Shown: piece by piece, positions 38,801 through 48,332 of the stretch | Numbering within the stretch: the first letter of the stretch is position 1 | Layout: every line of letters starts with the position of its first letter | Source of the DNA: a virus | Virus record (IMG/VR): IMGVR_UViG_3300023179_000019 | Length of the DNA: 64,000 nucleotides | Strand: one strand, 5' to 3' | Notes under the pieces: generated by a model | What the model saw: the letters and a program-made list of their open reading frames with translations, nothing else | Databases searched by the model: none | Told to the model about the DNA's origin: nothing | Translations under genes and position numbers: made by a program

Positions 38801-40697
38801 AGGAAGTATTGTTTCAAATTTATCGATTAATAAAGTTTCGCATAATCGTTGGGCTAAGAGCGATATTTCTAATTTGCAAACCCGTGTTAATAATTTAGAA
38901 TACTATACATCCCTAAGTGTGTTGGAACAAAGCGCACAGTCATTACAGGTACCAGATGCAAACGGTCTAAACAGATTTAAAAACGGTATTTTGGTTGATG
39001 ACTTTAGTTCATATGGTACTGTTGATTCCGCCAATCCTGATTTCTTGGCCAATATCAATATCAGAACAAGACAGTTGACACCAATGACCCCTGTAACGAA
39101 TTTCCAGTTACAGAACCCTCAAATTCTTGCAAGTTTGGGAACATTATCAAATACGAACACTTATGCAGTTTCAAGTATCAATGGTACAGGTACTAATATT
39201 TTTACTCTGCCATATACCAAAGCAAATGTTGTAACACAACCTTTAGCTTCATCCACAGTAAGTTTAAATCCTTTTAGTGTGAACATATTCCAAGGCGTTG
39301 CAGCATTAACTCCGCCAATGGACAACTGGGTTGACACATATAATGCACCTGCAATTTTGATTAACGATCCAAACTTGCAAGTCTATCAAACAAATGGTGG
39401 TGCTACTGCTCTTAATTCTGGAGACTTCGCTACTGTAGTAGGAACTCCTGCACCATCAAAAACAACAAACAGTTCTACTGGTATTGGTAATGGTGTTGAC
39501 ACATCAACATATGCAAATCAGATTACTTCATATAATCCTATTTCTGTTGCAATGCAAACCAACAATGGTTATTTGACCAATGCAACATTGTTACCGTATA
39601 TTAGAGCTCAAGAAATTGGTGTACGTGTTAAAGGTTTGTTAATTAATACTCCGATATCTGCATGGTTTGATGGTGTAAGTGTTGATCAATATATGACCTC
39701 ACCGGATACAGTAGAGTTAAAACAGGTCGGTGGAAAATTCCAAGAAGATGATGTTGTTGGTTTCTTTACAAACAACAATTTCTATCCGACTGCTCGTGTT
39801 ATGGGTGTTTATAACTATCCAGGAACATCTAACACACGACTATATCTGTCATCGGTTCCTGGTGCTCCAGCTTACACAAGTTCAACTGTGTTGCAAAGAG
39901 GCGATTTCGATGTAAACGGAAACTATATTACAACAAGTAACACTGCTTGGGGATATCTTGCTTCAGACACTTCTAGACAATCAATCAGTTTGGCTGGTCA
40001 AATCACCGGTGTCGGTGGCTTATATTTACCTAACTCATTCACTCCAATTCAGATTTATAAAACAAATTATCCAAACATTTGGAATGATTTCATGAATCAG
40101 TACGCCGTTTGGGGAGATTTGAATCGTTCAAGTACATTCACATACCAACCAAAATGGACACCTACAGTTTCGGGAACATACACGGTTATTGCATCTTCAA
40201 CCGGAACAAGTCATACTGTAACAGCAAATAATGTTTCACTTGGACTTGGTACACTAAATTACACAACAACAACTTCTGTAAATTACACAGTTGCTACTGC
40301 AAACGTTGGTAATCCAGTTTCAATTAACGTAGCTGTTACTGGTGGTGTGACCAATTCTTTCATACCAGGATTTGCAATGATCATCAAAGATCCAAATGGA
40401 TCAGTTGTTTTCAGAACAGACGCACCACCAAATGCAACTTATTCTGATGTAGCAGGAGAAGAAAATCTTCCTGAAGGTGGTACATATTTTACCGGCGTTA
40501 CAACTATTCAGTTAGATTCTAAAGCTTCTTCTGCAAACGGTTACTATGTTGGATCTCAAATAAGTATACAATCAAAATATGTATACAGTATTACACAACA
40601 AACCGCTACATATCATCCAGCACAATCATATAGATCACCAGACGGTGATAGCAGTTGGTATGCACCCGCATATGCGACATTTGAAACTAAAGCTTAA
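35874..40697 (+). CDS. giant baseplate/virion protein (DUF4815/VrlC-like), N-terminal part
   Basis: PYYDDFD..KNFHRILFKPG..QARELTQ, APGADR, NLEYYTSL, FKNGILVDDF. Confidence 0.8.
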   Translation: MALNFNVDPYYDDFDPSKNFHRILFKPGAAVQARELTQAQTILQNQISNFADSIFSQNTPVTGGKVTTNLNCHYLKLNLQYNNVNISAASFLNKIIQDSTGTIIAKVIATAESTGTVTAAGDPPTLILSYLSGIHFSDNMLIVPTDGTNIGATTIGITGGTTCSGLSSVASISDGVFYVVNGYSQSSTANQDGSFTKYSVGNFVAVQPQTIILSKYGNTPSYRVGLSITETIVDYVNDSSLLDPAIGASNYQAPGADRYAIILSLIALPLSLGSDDAFIELLRMENGDILKQVDSTVYSVIDDYFAKRDYESNGDYIVNDFKLTPSANTINSAKYNMSIGKGVAYVHGYRIENQSPLTIVSDRARATKTIDTNNVYLDYGNYFYVDTSNGSFDITTMPVVDLHCVESINISANNNTGTANANTYTSTLVGTARIRDLQYVTDGGSSNTKSYVYQSYVSDISTRTISGVAKVSGSSVTTLAIDDGSRANFSTSANAYYGMTVTITSGTSAGDIRTISSYNGTTKVITVTSPFTFVPDATTQFKLTLTPKSVESIVVKDGSYSFSANSNINTIYGKQSAVVTGDTVLTNPGYPEMVFTIGNPYVANVSSSSYTSTKIYRNQAISNTVPLTISATGTFTFIGNGALSSDAKKQNFIVVSKTTGQILDFSTTGNTITVTSGTQATFSTTKWNDTVDIIANINIPYADHATDGGLVLKSKNLVTGNTTAVGTLTAVTGTSNTTIDLTKGQTYITNATTRNPQISLYVSDVKKIKKIIDTGAPGTAPTAAMLTAAQYDVTNQYTLNNGQKDSFYDHAYLKPLVGAAKGNLLVVYDFYTHGGGDGYFSVLSYQSTGGGFSTSPETYSEIGSYTASSGKTYRLADCLDFRPVRTNATTATTFNYQNSSASKGMLIPQNLTQFQSSYSYYLGRKDILVLSKDKSFEIIQGVPSLTPVFPTQPEGSLLLANLTHDPYTAYVPGENPGSIVSNLSINKVSHNRWAKSDISNLQTRVNNLEYYTSLSVLEQSAQSLQVPDANGLNRFKNGILVDDFSSYGTVDSANPDFLANINIRTRQLTPMTPVTNFQLQNPQILASLGTLSNTNTYAVSSINGTGTNIFTLPYTKANVVTQPLASSTVSLNPFSVNIFQGVAALTPPMDNWVDTYNAPAILINDPNLQVYQTNGGATALNSGDFATVVGTPAPSKTTNSSTGIGNGVDTSTYANQITSYNPISVAMQTNNGYLTNATLLPYIRAQEIGVRVKGLLINTPISAWFDGVSVDQYMTSPDTVELKQVGGKFQEDDVVGFFTNNNFYPTARVMGVYNYPGTSNTRLYLSSVPGAPAYTSSTVLQRGDFDVNGNYITTSNTAWGYLASDTSRQSISLAGQITGVGGLYLPNSFTPIQIYKTNYPNIWNDFMNQYAVWGDLNRSSTFTYQPKWTPTVSGTYTVIASSTGTSHTVTANNVSLGLGTLNYTTTTSVNYTVATANVGNPVSINVAVTGGVTNSFIPGFAMIIKDPNGSVVFRTDAPPNATYSDVAGEENLPEGGTYFTGVTTIQLDSKASSANGYYVGSQISIQSKYVYSITQQTATYHPAQSYRSPDGDSSWYAPAYATFETKA

Positions 40698-40718
40698 TAG
40701 ATTAATTGGAAAAATAAA

Positions 40719-42878
40719 ATGTCTCTATCCTCAGCAATTTATAATTATACCGCAACAATAACTTCATACAATGGAGTGACTAAGGTCGCTACATTGAGCT
40801 CGCCCGTAGAAATTTCTTTAGGTTATAATAACAAATTAGGACAATTAACTTCTCAGTACACTTTGTCTGGTGATAATACAAGCGTTCTTGCTGCAATTAA
40901 AGACGGCACAAAACCACAACAATTATCTACCGATGAAAATGGAAGTTTTTATGGTATTTTAAATGTTCCACCAGGAATATTTAAAGTTGGTTCTAGAGTA
41001 TTTCGTGTTGATAACAGAACACTTGAAAATGATCCTTCAACCGCAACAACCTATGCTGAAGCAACATTCACAGCAGCTGGACTTTCTACGACATCACAAG
41101 CTTTACAGTTTAGTCCTTCTGTAGATTCTGCATCAAATAAATTTACTCCTACAACATATCAATCAAAACAACAAATTAGCACAATTGCAAGTTATACAAA
41201 TTTTGATCCTGTTGCACAGTCATTTATTATTTCTAAAGATAACTATCCAAATGGCGTCTATATTTTATCTGTAAAACTTTTCTTTAGAACAAAACCAACA
41301 ACAAATACACCAGTAGTTGTATCAATCGTTCCTACTTTGAATGGATATCCTAATGGTAATGCATTAGACTATTCAACAGTATCTTTGTATGCAGATCAAA
41401 TTCAAACAAGCACAGCACCACACTTTTTAGACGCATCAACATACACAGAATTTATGTTCAAAGCTCCTGTTTATATCAAACCAGGAGAAACTTATGCGGT
41501 ATTGATTCAGACCAGTTCACCAGATTATACTGTTTATTATGCACAGCAAAATTCTTCAGCTGTAGCTTCAACTGCAAGAGCTCTACCTACAGATGCAATA
41601 CCGTCTAACCCAACAAAAATTGGTGCAGTACCTAATAGTGGCGCTTTCTTTGAATCACAAAACGGAACAACTTGGACTGCTGATTTAACAAAAGATTTGA
41701 TGTTCGTTATCGATAGATGTGTTTTTGATACCTCATCATCACCTAGATTAGATTTCGTTGTTCCGCAAAGTTTGCCTAAGAGAAAATTGTTGGCAAGTGA
41801 TATTCAATACAAATTAGATCCAAGCCTAATCAATGGTATATACCGAAGTGCTGGTGGCGATCAAAGAATGGATGCTTTGAATGTTACCACCACAGATTTC
41901 ACACCAACTAGTACAACAATTAATTATGCATATACATCGACAGTAAGAGACGGAAATGTTTCTGATGGTCCAAACACAATCATTCCTGGAAAATTTGGTT
42001 CTCCAACACCAGATAATGTTCATTTGGATGATGGACTAGGTTCACGCATTTTATTAGCAAACTCAAACAATTCTTTTACACTATCAGCAACACTTTCATC
42101 TTCTGATTCTGCTGTAAGTCCTATCATTTCTGACGATGGATTAACATTATTTAATATCAGATATGCAATTAATAATATGGGACTTTCGAATCCTACAATT
42201 TCAGTTGCCAATACTGGAACAGGATACAACGCAAATGCCGTTTCCGTATCTGTAAGTTCACCAGATGTTGGTTCTGATATTGCGGTGTGTACAGCAAATG
42301 TACAAGGCGGAAACGTTGTTGCCGTGACTGTAACTTATGGTGGTTCGGGTTACTTAAAGACTCCAACAATTACAGTATCCGATGCAGCAACCCGTGGCGG
42401 TAATGCAAACTGTGTAGTAGTTGTTTCAGGTGAAACAAGTCCAGAAGGCGGTAACGCACTTGCAAAATACTTCACAAAGAAAGTTGTGTTGGCTGCAGGA
42501 CAAGATTCTGGTGATTTGCGTGTATATTACTCAGCATACAAACCAGTAGGTACAGAAGTTTACATTTATTACAAACTTTTAAGTAGTAATGATACACAAA
42601 AATTTGAAGAAGGCAATTGGCAATTGATGACCCAAGTTGGTCCACAAAATGTTTATTCTTCTAATAGAGATGATGTTATTGAATTTGAATGTGCTCCAGG
42701 AATTTATGGAAGTGGTGTAGCAAATAATATAATTTCCTATACAGGAATTAATGGTCAAACATATGATAATTTTATTCAATTTGCAATTAAACTTGTTATG
42801 GCAACAAATGATACAACTAAGATTCCTGTTATAGAAGATATTCGTGCGTTAGCTTTACCACCAGGAACAGGAATTTAA
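40719..42878 (+). CDS. giant baseplate/virion protein, C-terminal part
   Basis: DPVAQSF, FFESQNG.TW, QFAIKLVM..DIRALAL; same frame as upstream gene. Confidence 0.8.
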   Translation: MSLSSAIYNYTATITSYNGVTKVATLSSPVEISLGYNNKLGQLTSQYTLSGDNTSVLAAIKDGTKPQQLSTDENGSFYGILNVPPGIFKVGSRVFRVDNRTLENDPSTATTYAEATFTAAGLSTTSQALQFSPSVDSASNKFTPTTYQSKQQISTIASYTNFDPVAQSFIISKDNYPNGVYILSVKLFFRTKPTTNTPVVVSIVPTLNGYPNGNALDYSTVSLYADQIQTSTAPHFLDASTYTEFMFKAPVYIKPGETYAVLIQTSSPDYTVYYAQQNSSAVASTARALPTDAIPSNPTKIGAVPNSGAFFESQNGTTWTADLTKDLMFVIDRCVFDTSSSPRLDFVVPQSLPKRKLLASDIQYKLDPSLINGIYRSAGGDQRMDALNVTTTDFTPTSTTINYAYTSTVRDGNVSDGPNTIIPGKFGSPTPDNVHLDDGLGSRILLANSNNSFTLSATLSSSDSAVSPIISDDGLTLFNIRYAINNMGLSNPTISVANTGTGYNANAVSVSVSSPDVGSDIAVCTANVQGGNVVAVTVTYGGSGYLKTPTITVSDAATRGGNANCVVVVSGETSPEGGNALAKYFTKKVVLAAGQDSGDLRVYYSAYKPVGTEVYIYYKLLSSNDTQKFEEGNWQLMTQVGPQNVYSSNRDDVIEFECAPGIYGSGVANNIISYTGINGQTYDNFIQFAIKLVMATNDTTKIPVIEDIRALALPPGTGI

Positions 42879-42879
42879 A

Positions 42880-43110
42880 ATGGCTTTGGTGAAAGTTAAC
42901 AATAGCACTTTTGTTAGAGATACAGAGTCTAGGGTCTTATTGAACACGGATGAAAATGCAAAGAACGAATATCTATCCAAAGTCAAATTATTAAAGACTC
43001 AAAAAGAAGAAATAAATAATATTAAATCAGAAATAATAGCGGTAAAAGAAGATATGATAGAAATAAAACACCTGCTATTCAAATTAATAGAAAAAGGTTC
43101 CAATGGCTAA
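42880..43110 (+). CDS. small coiled-coil virion protein
   Basis: VRD..S..LN start followed by heptads. Confidence 0.7.
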   Translation: MALVKVNNSTFVRDTESRVLLNTDENAKNEYLSKVKLLKTQKEEINNIKSEIIAVKEDMIEIKHLLFKLIEKGSNG

Positions 43111-45187
43111 TACAGTTTCAGTTCTAAGTTATGCCAATACATTTGGTGATTGGGTAGTTGCGACCAATGCTTTAGCGAGGGAGCACAACGATCTAGTGGC
43201 AAACAATTGGACCAAATCTACAGGAACATTATATTTAACAGATCCTTCATTAGGAATACAAGTTAGTGGTGCAGCTATTGTTGCTGGCGCTTTACAAGTT
43301 CAGGGTACAGGTTCATCCGCATATGTACAAAATAACATTCGTATCGATGGAACTTTGGCCGCAACTAATTCCACTAATAGCATTTATTCTACCGGCGCTA
43401 TTACATCTTTGGGTCGAGTAAATGCTAATGCGGCCGGATTAGGTTTATTTGTTGCAAACAATTTTACTGTTGGCAACATATCAAATACAAATATTTTATT
43501 TGTAACATCCAATACCACAACAGGTAATTTACAAACACAATATACAACAACAACACAAACATTGTCCGTCAATGCTTCTGCATCTATTGGTACGGGTTTG
43601 GTTGTTTCTACAACTATAAGTGCTGGTGGAAGAACTTTCACAGATACTTTAACAGCTAACAATGGTATCACTACAACGACTGTTAGTGCTAACGGTACAA
43701 GTTCTTTAAACATCATACAAGCAAACAATATAACGGTTACAGCTAATATTATTAGTAGTAATGTTAGAGCAGATAATTTAATGTATGCTAATGCATTAAC
43801 TGTAGGAAATGCAGCAACAGTTGATAGATTAACATCGAATACTTCTATAAATTCTAACACGTTTACTTCAAATACGGCTACAATTAATGGATTATTAACC
43901 TCTAATAGTTTATCTGTTGGTACTGGGGGTATTTCTGTACAAGGCGATTTCGTTATCAATGGTACAGCAATCTACAATACACCGAATTTTACAATAAGTG
44001 CCAATTCTTCTGGTCAAGACGGTTTCTTTAGTGTTTATAGAAATACTTCTAATGCTTCGATCAAATGGTCTGAAGCCAATACTTCTTGGTATCTTAAAGA
44101 TGTATCATCATATAGTGGAAATAATTATTTTTATAAAATACTTACAACACAGTATTTAACCGATTCATTGGTTGATTCTTCTTCTAGTAATGTTGCATCT
44201 TCTAAAGCTGCAAACACTTTACAAAGTAATTTGGTTACTGCAAATACTTCTATGAAGTCCTATGTGGACACAGCCAATACTTCGATGAAGTCTTATGTTG
44301 ATACAGCTAATACTTCTATGAAGTCCTATGTGGACACAGCCAATACTTCGATGAAGTCTTATGTAGATAACATCAATACTATTGGTGCAGGTATTAATAC
44401 ATCACAAAATACCAATATTACAACCGCAAATAATGCGGCGTGGGCAGGATATGCTCGTGCTAATACATCATCAAATACTTTTGTTGGCACTTCTGGTAGT
44501 GCATCTCCTAGTACCGGTGTTATTTCGTTCAACAGTACAAACGGTATTACAATTAGTGGAACAAGTAACGTTCTAACAATCAGTACCTCACAGAATTTAC
44601 AAACAAACGGTACTCCTACTTTTGCAACTGTAACGTTAAGTTCACCATCAACTGCACCAACAGCAGCAACAAATACAAGTAACACTCAAATTGCTACGAC
44701 TGCCTTTGTTCAGAATCAGTTAAACAACGGTAATACATATACCCACACTTCCGCAGTAACAAATTCCGTTACTGTAGTGAATGATTCATCAACAAACGCT
44801 ACGATGTATCCTGTTTGGGTAGTTGCAAATTCAGGTAACAATGCACTTAGAACATCAAGCGGTAATTATTATTTTAATCCAAGTACAGGATCATTAAACG
44901 CAACTAATTTTAATTCTCTTTCTGATGAAAATAGAAAAGAAAATATTTACCAAATTACCAATGCAACTGATATAATTAAACAAATTAATGGTTATGGATT
45001 TAATTGGAAAGATAATGGTAAAAAATCTTACGGTCACATCGCTCAACATTTGGAAAAAATCTTGCCTGATTTGGTCGACACTAATGATGATGGTGTGAAA
45101 TCGGTTAATTATAACGGTTTAATTGCCTTCTTGGTCGAAACTGTAAAAGAGATGGACAAACGTATCACCGAATTGGAAAGTAAATAA
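43103..45187 (+). CDS. tail fibre with C-terminal intramolecular chaperone (S74-like)
   Basis: ANTFGDW N-terminus; SDENRKENI..FNWK..IAQ..VNYNGLI; ANTSMKSYVDT/N x4. Confidence 0.85.
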   Translation: MANTVSVLSYANTFGDWVVATNALAREHNDLVANNWTKSTGTLYLTDPSLGIQVSGAAIVAGALQVQGTGSSAYVQNNIRIDGTLAATNSTNSIYSTGAITSLGRVNANAAGLGLFVANNFTVGNISNTNILFVTSNTTTGNLQTQYTTTTQTLSVNASASIGTGLVVSTTISAGGRTFTDTLTANNGITTTTVSANGTSSLNIIQANNITVTANIISSNVRADNLMYANALTVGNAATVDRLTSNTSINSNTFTSNTATINGLLTSNSLSVGTGGISVQGDFVINGTAIYNTPNFTISANSSGQDGFFSVYRNTSNASIKWSEANTSWYLKDVSSYSGNNYFYKILTTQYLTDSLVDSSSSNVASSKAANTLQSNLVTANTSMKSYVDTANTSMKSYVDTANTSMKSYVDTANTSMKSYVDNINTIGAGINTSQNTNITTANNAAWAGYARANTSSNTFVGTSGSASPSTGVISFNSTNGITISGTSNVLTISTSQNLQTNGTPTFATVTLSSPSTAPTAATNTSNTQIATTAFVQNQLNNGNTYTHTSAVTNSVTVVNDSSTNATMYPVWVVANSGNNALRTSSGNYYFNPSTGSLNATNFNSLSDENRKENIYQITNATDIIKQINGYGFNWKDNGKKSYGHIAQHLEKILPDLVDTNDDGVKSVNYNGLIAFLVETVKEMDKRITELESK

Positions 45188-45188
45188 A

Positions 45189-45524
45189 ATGGCAGCAGGA
45201 TACCAAGACATTTATTTAGAACAAGGTGTTACATACACCAACCAAATCACGCTTGATGATGCTACGGGTGAGCCTTATAATTTAACTGGATTTACCGTCA
45301 AAAGTCAAGCCAAAAAATCTTACTACTCAACAAATCCAACCATCACGTTTGATGCAACAATTTATGATGCAAATAATGGAATAATACAACTGAGTGCGAA
45401 TTCTGCTGTAACCGCAAATGTGGCTCCCGGTAAATTGGTATATGATATTATTATCATGGGATCCAATAATGTAACCCGTGTACTTGAAGGACAAATATTT
45501 GTATCTCCAGCCGTAACTAAGTAG
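45189..45524 (+). CDS. small beta-sandwich fibre-associated protein
   Basis: EQG.T, NLTG..KKSY, YDI..RVLEG..VSP.VT. Confidence 0.7.
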   Translation: MAAGYQDIYLEQGVTYTNQITLDDATGEPYNLTGFTVKSQAKKSYYSTNPTITFDATIYDANNGIIQLSANSAVTANVAPGKLVYDIIIMGSNNVTRVLEGQIFVSPAVTK

Positions 45525-45532
45525 GGCAAAAG

Positions 45533-45892
45533 ATGCCAAATGTTAGAGTCAATCCCATACAAAGCATAAATGTAAGGATAAATCAACGAAATCAACCCGT
45601 TGTTTCTACTACTTCCACATTTAATGGCCAAGTTGAAGTACAAGAAAAAGTTGACTTGGCTTTATCGCAAGCCAATAGTGCTTTAATTCTTGCCAACACA
45701 GCTTACTATCTCGCTAACACAGCCACACAAGACATCTCTTACATAAAAGGTGTCGATGCATGGCAAAATACACAGATTTCTTATGTGAATGTTTTTGCTC
45801 AGTCGGCTTATAACCAAGCAAATGCATCATATAATTTTGCAAATACAATATATACTGATCTTTCCGTGATTGATGGAGGATATTTTTACTAA
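45533..45892 (+). CDS. short fibre-like protein (C-terminal DGG motif)
   Basis: AY..AN repeats; ends DGGYFY. Confidence 0.65.
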   Translation: MPNVRVNPIQSINVRINQRNQPVVSTTSTFNGQVEVQEKVDLALSQANSALILANTAYYLANTATQDISYIKGVDAWQNTQISYVNVFAQSAYNQANASYNFANTIYTDLSVIDGGYFY

Positions 45893-46035
45893 ATAAGGGT
45901 GTTACCTAAAAAGTAACGCCAATAATATTGATTTATGAAGTTATTATTACATAAAAGTGAGGTTCGCCACTATTCATAAACACGGGGTTAATTTTCACCT
46001 TTGTAAGTTCAACAAAATAATAACCAAACAAAAAA

Positions 46036-46257
46036 ATGAAAAAAAACAGGATAAATCAACAAAGAGAACCATATTTAACTACAAGCTCTCAACTTGGTGT
46101 TCCGGTAACCACCAGTACTTTTTATGGTGCATCTGGTTCCACGAACAACCAAATAAAATCTGCATATGACCAAGCCAACACGGCTACAAGTATTGCAAAT
46201 ACAGCAAATACTATTGCAACCGATCTATCTATAACACTAGATGGTGGCTTTTATTAA
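46036..46257 (+). CDS. short paralog of 45533 protein
   Basis: RINQ, TTSTF, SAYDQAN, TDLS..DGGFY shared. Confidence 0.6.
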   Translation: MKKNRINQQREPYLTTSSQLGVPVTTSTFYGASGSTNNQIKSAYDQANTATSIANTANTIATDLSITLDGGFY

Positions 46258-46272
46258 TAGTATTAGTTTCTT

Positions 46273-46280
46273 TATAAATA
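46273..46280 (+). promoter_or_regulatory. T4-type late promoter
   Basis: TATAAATA. Confidence 0.75.
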
Positions 46281-46392
46281 ATGTGGATGTGAAATAATTA
46301 ATTTTCGTAATTAATTTTAATTTAAGATTAATCCTGATTGACATTTGTAATGGAATTTTTAACAAAAAAACAAATCAAAATAAGGAAATAAA

Positions 46393-48297
46393 ATGGCCAT
46401 TTCAAATACTAACATTCTGATTAAACGTTCAGGTGTCGGTGGAACAGGACGTCCAAGTTCGCTACTATCTGGTGAATTAGCGTATTCATACGCATCAAAT
46501 ACAATCTTTATCGGTTCTCCAACTGGTAATGGTGTTGTTAATGTTGGCGGTCAATTCTACACTTCACAGATCGATTCCGCAACCGATTCAAATACCGCAA
46601 ACAAACTTGTAAAGCGTGACGCTGACGGTAAATTTGCTGGTCGTTTGACTGGTATCGCAGACAAAGCCGATCAATTAACAAATTCACGTAACTTCTCGAT
46701 TTCTGGTGGTGACATCACCGCAGCTAACGTTGCTTTTGATGGTACTGGTTCAGTTACATTAAGTGCTTCTTTAGATGCTGTTCCTGGTCTTGGTGCTGGT
46801 GCATACGGTTCTACAACAGCTATTCCAGTTATAACAGTTGGTGCAAACGGTCGTGTTCTTGCAATTTCAACATCAACTATTTCAACACAATTTGATATTG
46901 CTGGTGATTCTGGTACAGGAACTATTGAAGGTGGCGAAACTCTAACACTTGCTGGCGGCGAAGGTATCACCACAACAGCTAGCAACAACACAGTTACATT
47001 TGAAGTTGATGATACTGTTATTCGCGCTAACGCCTTTACAGGTGGTCAACAAACAATCAGTACATCATTATTGATTGGTTCTAATAACAGCTTGACTGTT
47101 ACTGGTAACTTGTACGTATATGGTAACACAACAACCGTTGGTACCGATTCGTTAGTTGTTAATGATACAGTTATCTACTTAGGTGCTGGCAACTACTTTG
47201 CTGACGCAAGAGATATCGGTTTTGCTGGTCACTATAATGATGGTGTTAATGCTCACGCTGGTATTATCCGTGACTCCGTAACTAAAGAATTCCATTTCTT
47301 CCAAGGTTACACACCAGAACTTGACGCAAATAACAACATCGACTTGAACGATGCATCATACCGTGAAGCAAACGTTCACTCTGCATACTTCAAGGGTAAC
47401 TTGATTGCTACTACAGCTGTCATCGACAACTTGTCAATGACTAATGCATTAACAGTTGCTAACGGCGGTACAGGTAGAACAACACTCGGTAATGGTCAAA
47501 TCATTATTGGTGCTGGTACAAACGGTGTTAATACTCTTGCCAATTCTTCTGTTTCTGCTGGTCAAAGCTTCGGCGATGCTGCATCGGTTCCAGTATTCAC
47601 AACTGACGTTTGGGGTCGTGTTGCTACTGTAACTAACACATCAATCTCAATTGCTGCTTCACAAGTTACTTCTGGCCAGTTAGCGATTGCTCAAGGTGGT
47701 ACAAACTCCAATACATATGCACAGAACGGTTTGTTGTTCTATAACGGCACATCTTTCTTAACATCTGCTAATCAAACTGCTTACAGTACACAAGGTGGCG
47801 CAAGTTATGTTCCAGTAATTTCTACCAATGAACTTGGTCAAGTTACTTCAATTTCTAACACACAGATTCAAATTGACACTGCCAATATTGTTTCTGGTAC
47901 ATTGGGTTACGGCAGAGGCGGTACAGGTTCTACATCATACACAACAGGTGCATTGCTTGTTGCTGGCGTTTCTGGTCTAGTGTCTGTTGCTAATACAACA
48001 TACGTATTGACTGGCGCACTAGCATCTAATAATACAATCACTTCATTGACTGTTGATGCATATGGTCGTGTAACTGCTGCAAGTGGTGCTGCAATTTCTG
48101 GTCTAACCGTTGCTCAAGGCGGTACAGGTGTTGCAACATTTACAACAAACGGTATCACATATGGTAACGGTACTAATGCGATGGGTGTAACTGCTGCTGC
48201 AGGAGATGCTGATCAGGCATGGTCAAATCAATTCTTGACAGTAACAGCAGCTGGTGTTCCAGTATGGTCATCAGCAATGGATGGTGGAACATTCTAA
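46393..48297 (+). CDS. tail fibre protein
   Basis: IKRS..GELAY N-domain, TVDAYGRVT and VAQGGTG repeats, ends DGGTF. Confidence 0.8.
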   Translation: MAISNTNILIKRSGVGGTGRPSSLLSGELAYSYASNTIFIGSPTGNGVVNVGGQFYTSQIDSATDSNTANKLVKRDADGKFAGRLTGIADKADQLTNSRNFSISGGDITAANVAFDGTGSVTLSASLDAVPGLGAGAYGSTTAIPVITVGANGRVLAISTSTISTQFDIAGDSGTGTIEGGETLTLAGGEGITTTASNNTVTFEVDDTVIRANAFTGGQQTISTSLLIGSNNSLTVTGNLYVYGNTTTVGTDSLVVNDTVIYLGAGNYFADARDIGFAGHYNDGVNAHAGIIRDSVTKEFHFFQGYTPELDANNNIDLNDASYREANVHSAYFKGNLIATTAVIDNLSMTNALTVANGGTGRTTLGNGQIIIGAGTNGVNTLANSSVSAGQSFGDAASVPVFTTDVWGRVATVTNTSISIAASQVTSGQLAIAQGGTNSNTYAQNGLLFYNGTSFLTSANQTAYSTQGGASYVPVISTNELGQVTSISNTQIQIDTANIVSGTLGYGRGGTGSTSYTTGALLVAGVSGLVSVANTTYVLTGALASNNTITSLTVDAYGRVTAASGAAISGLTVAQGGTGVATFTTNGITYGNGTNAMGVTAAAGDADQAWSNQFLTVTAAGVPVWSSAMDGGTF

Positions 48298-48332
48298 ATA
48301 CTTTGTAATTACTTTATAATAGGGAGACCAAG

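Noticed and set aside
40692-40721. Stop-codon reassignment, readthrough or gene-60-type hop
   Set aside because: Two different tandem stops (TAA TAG), standard stop usage elsewhere, and no suitable matching landing codon nearby.
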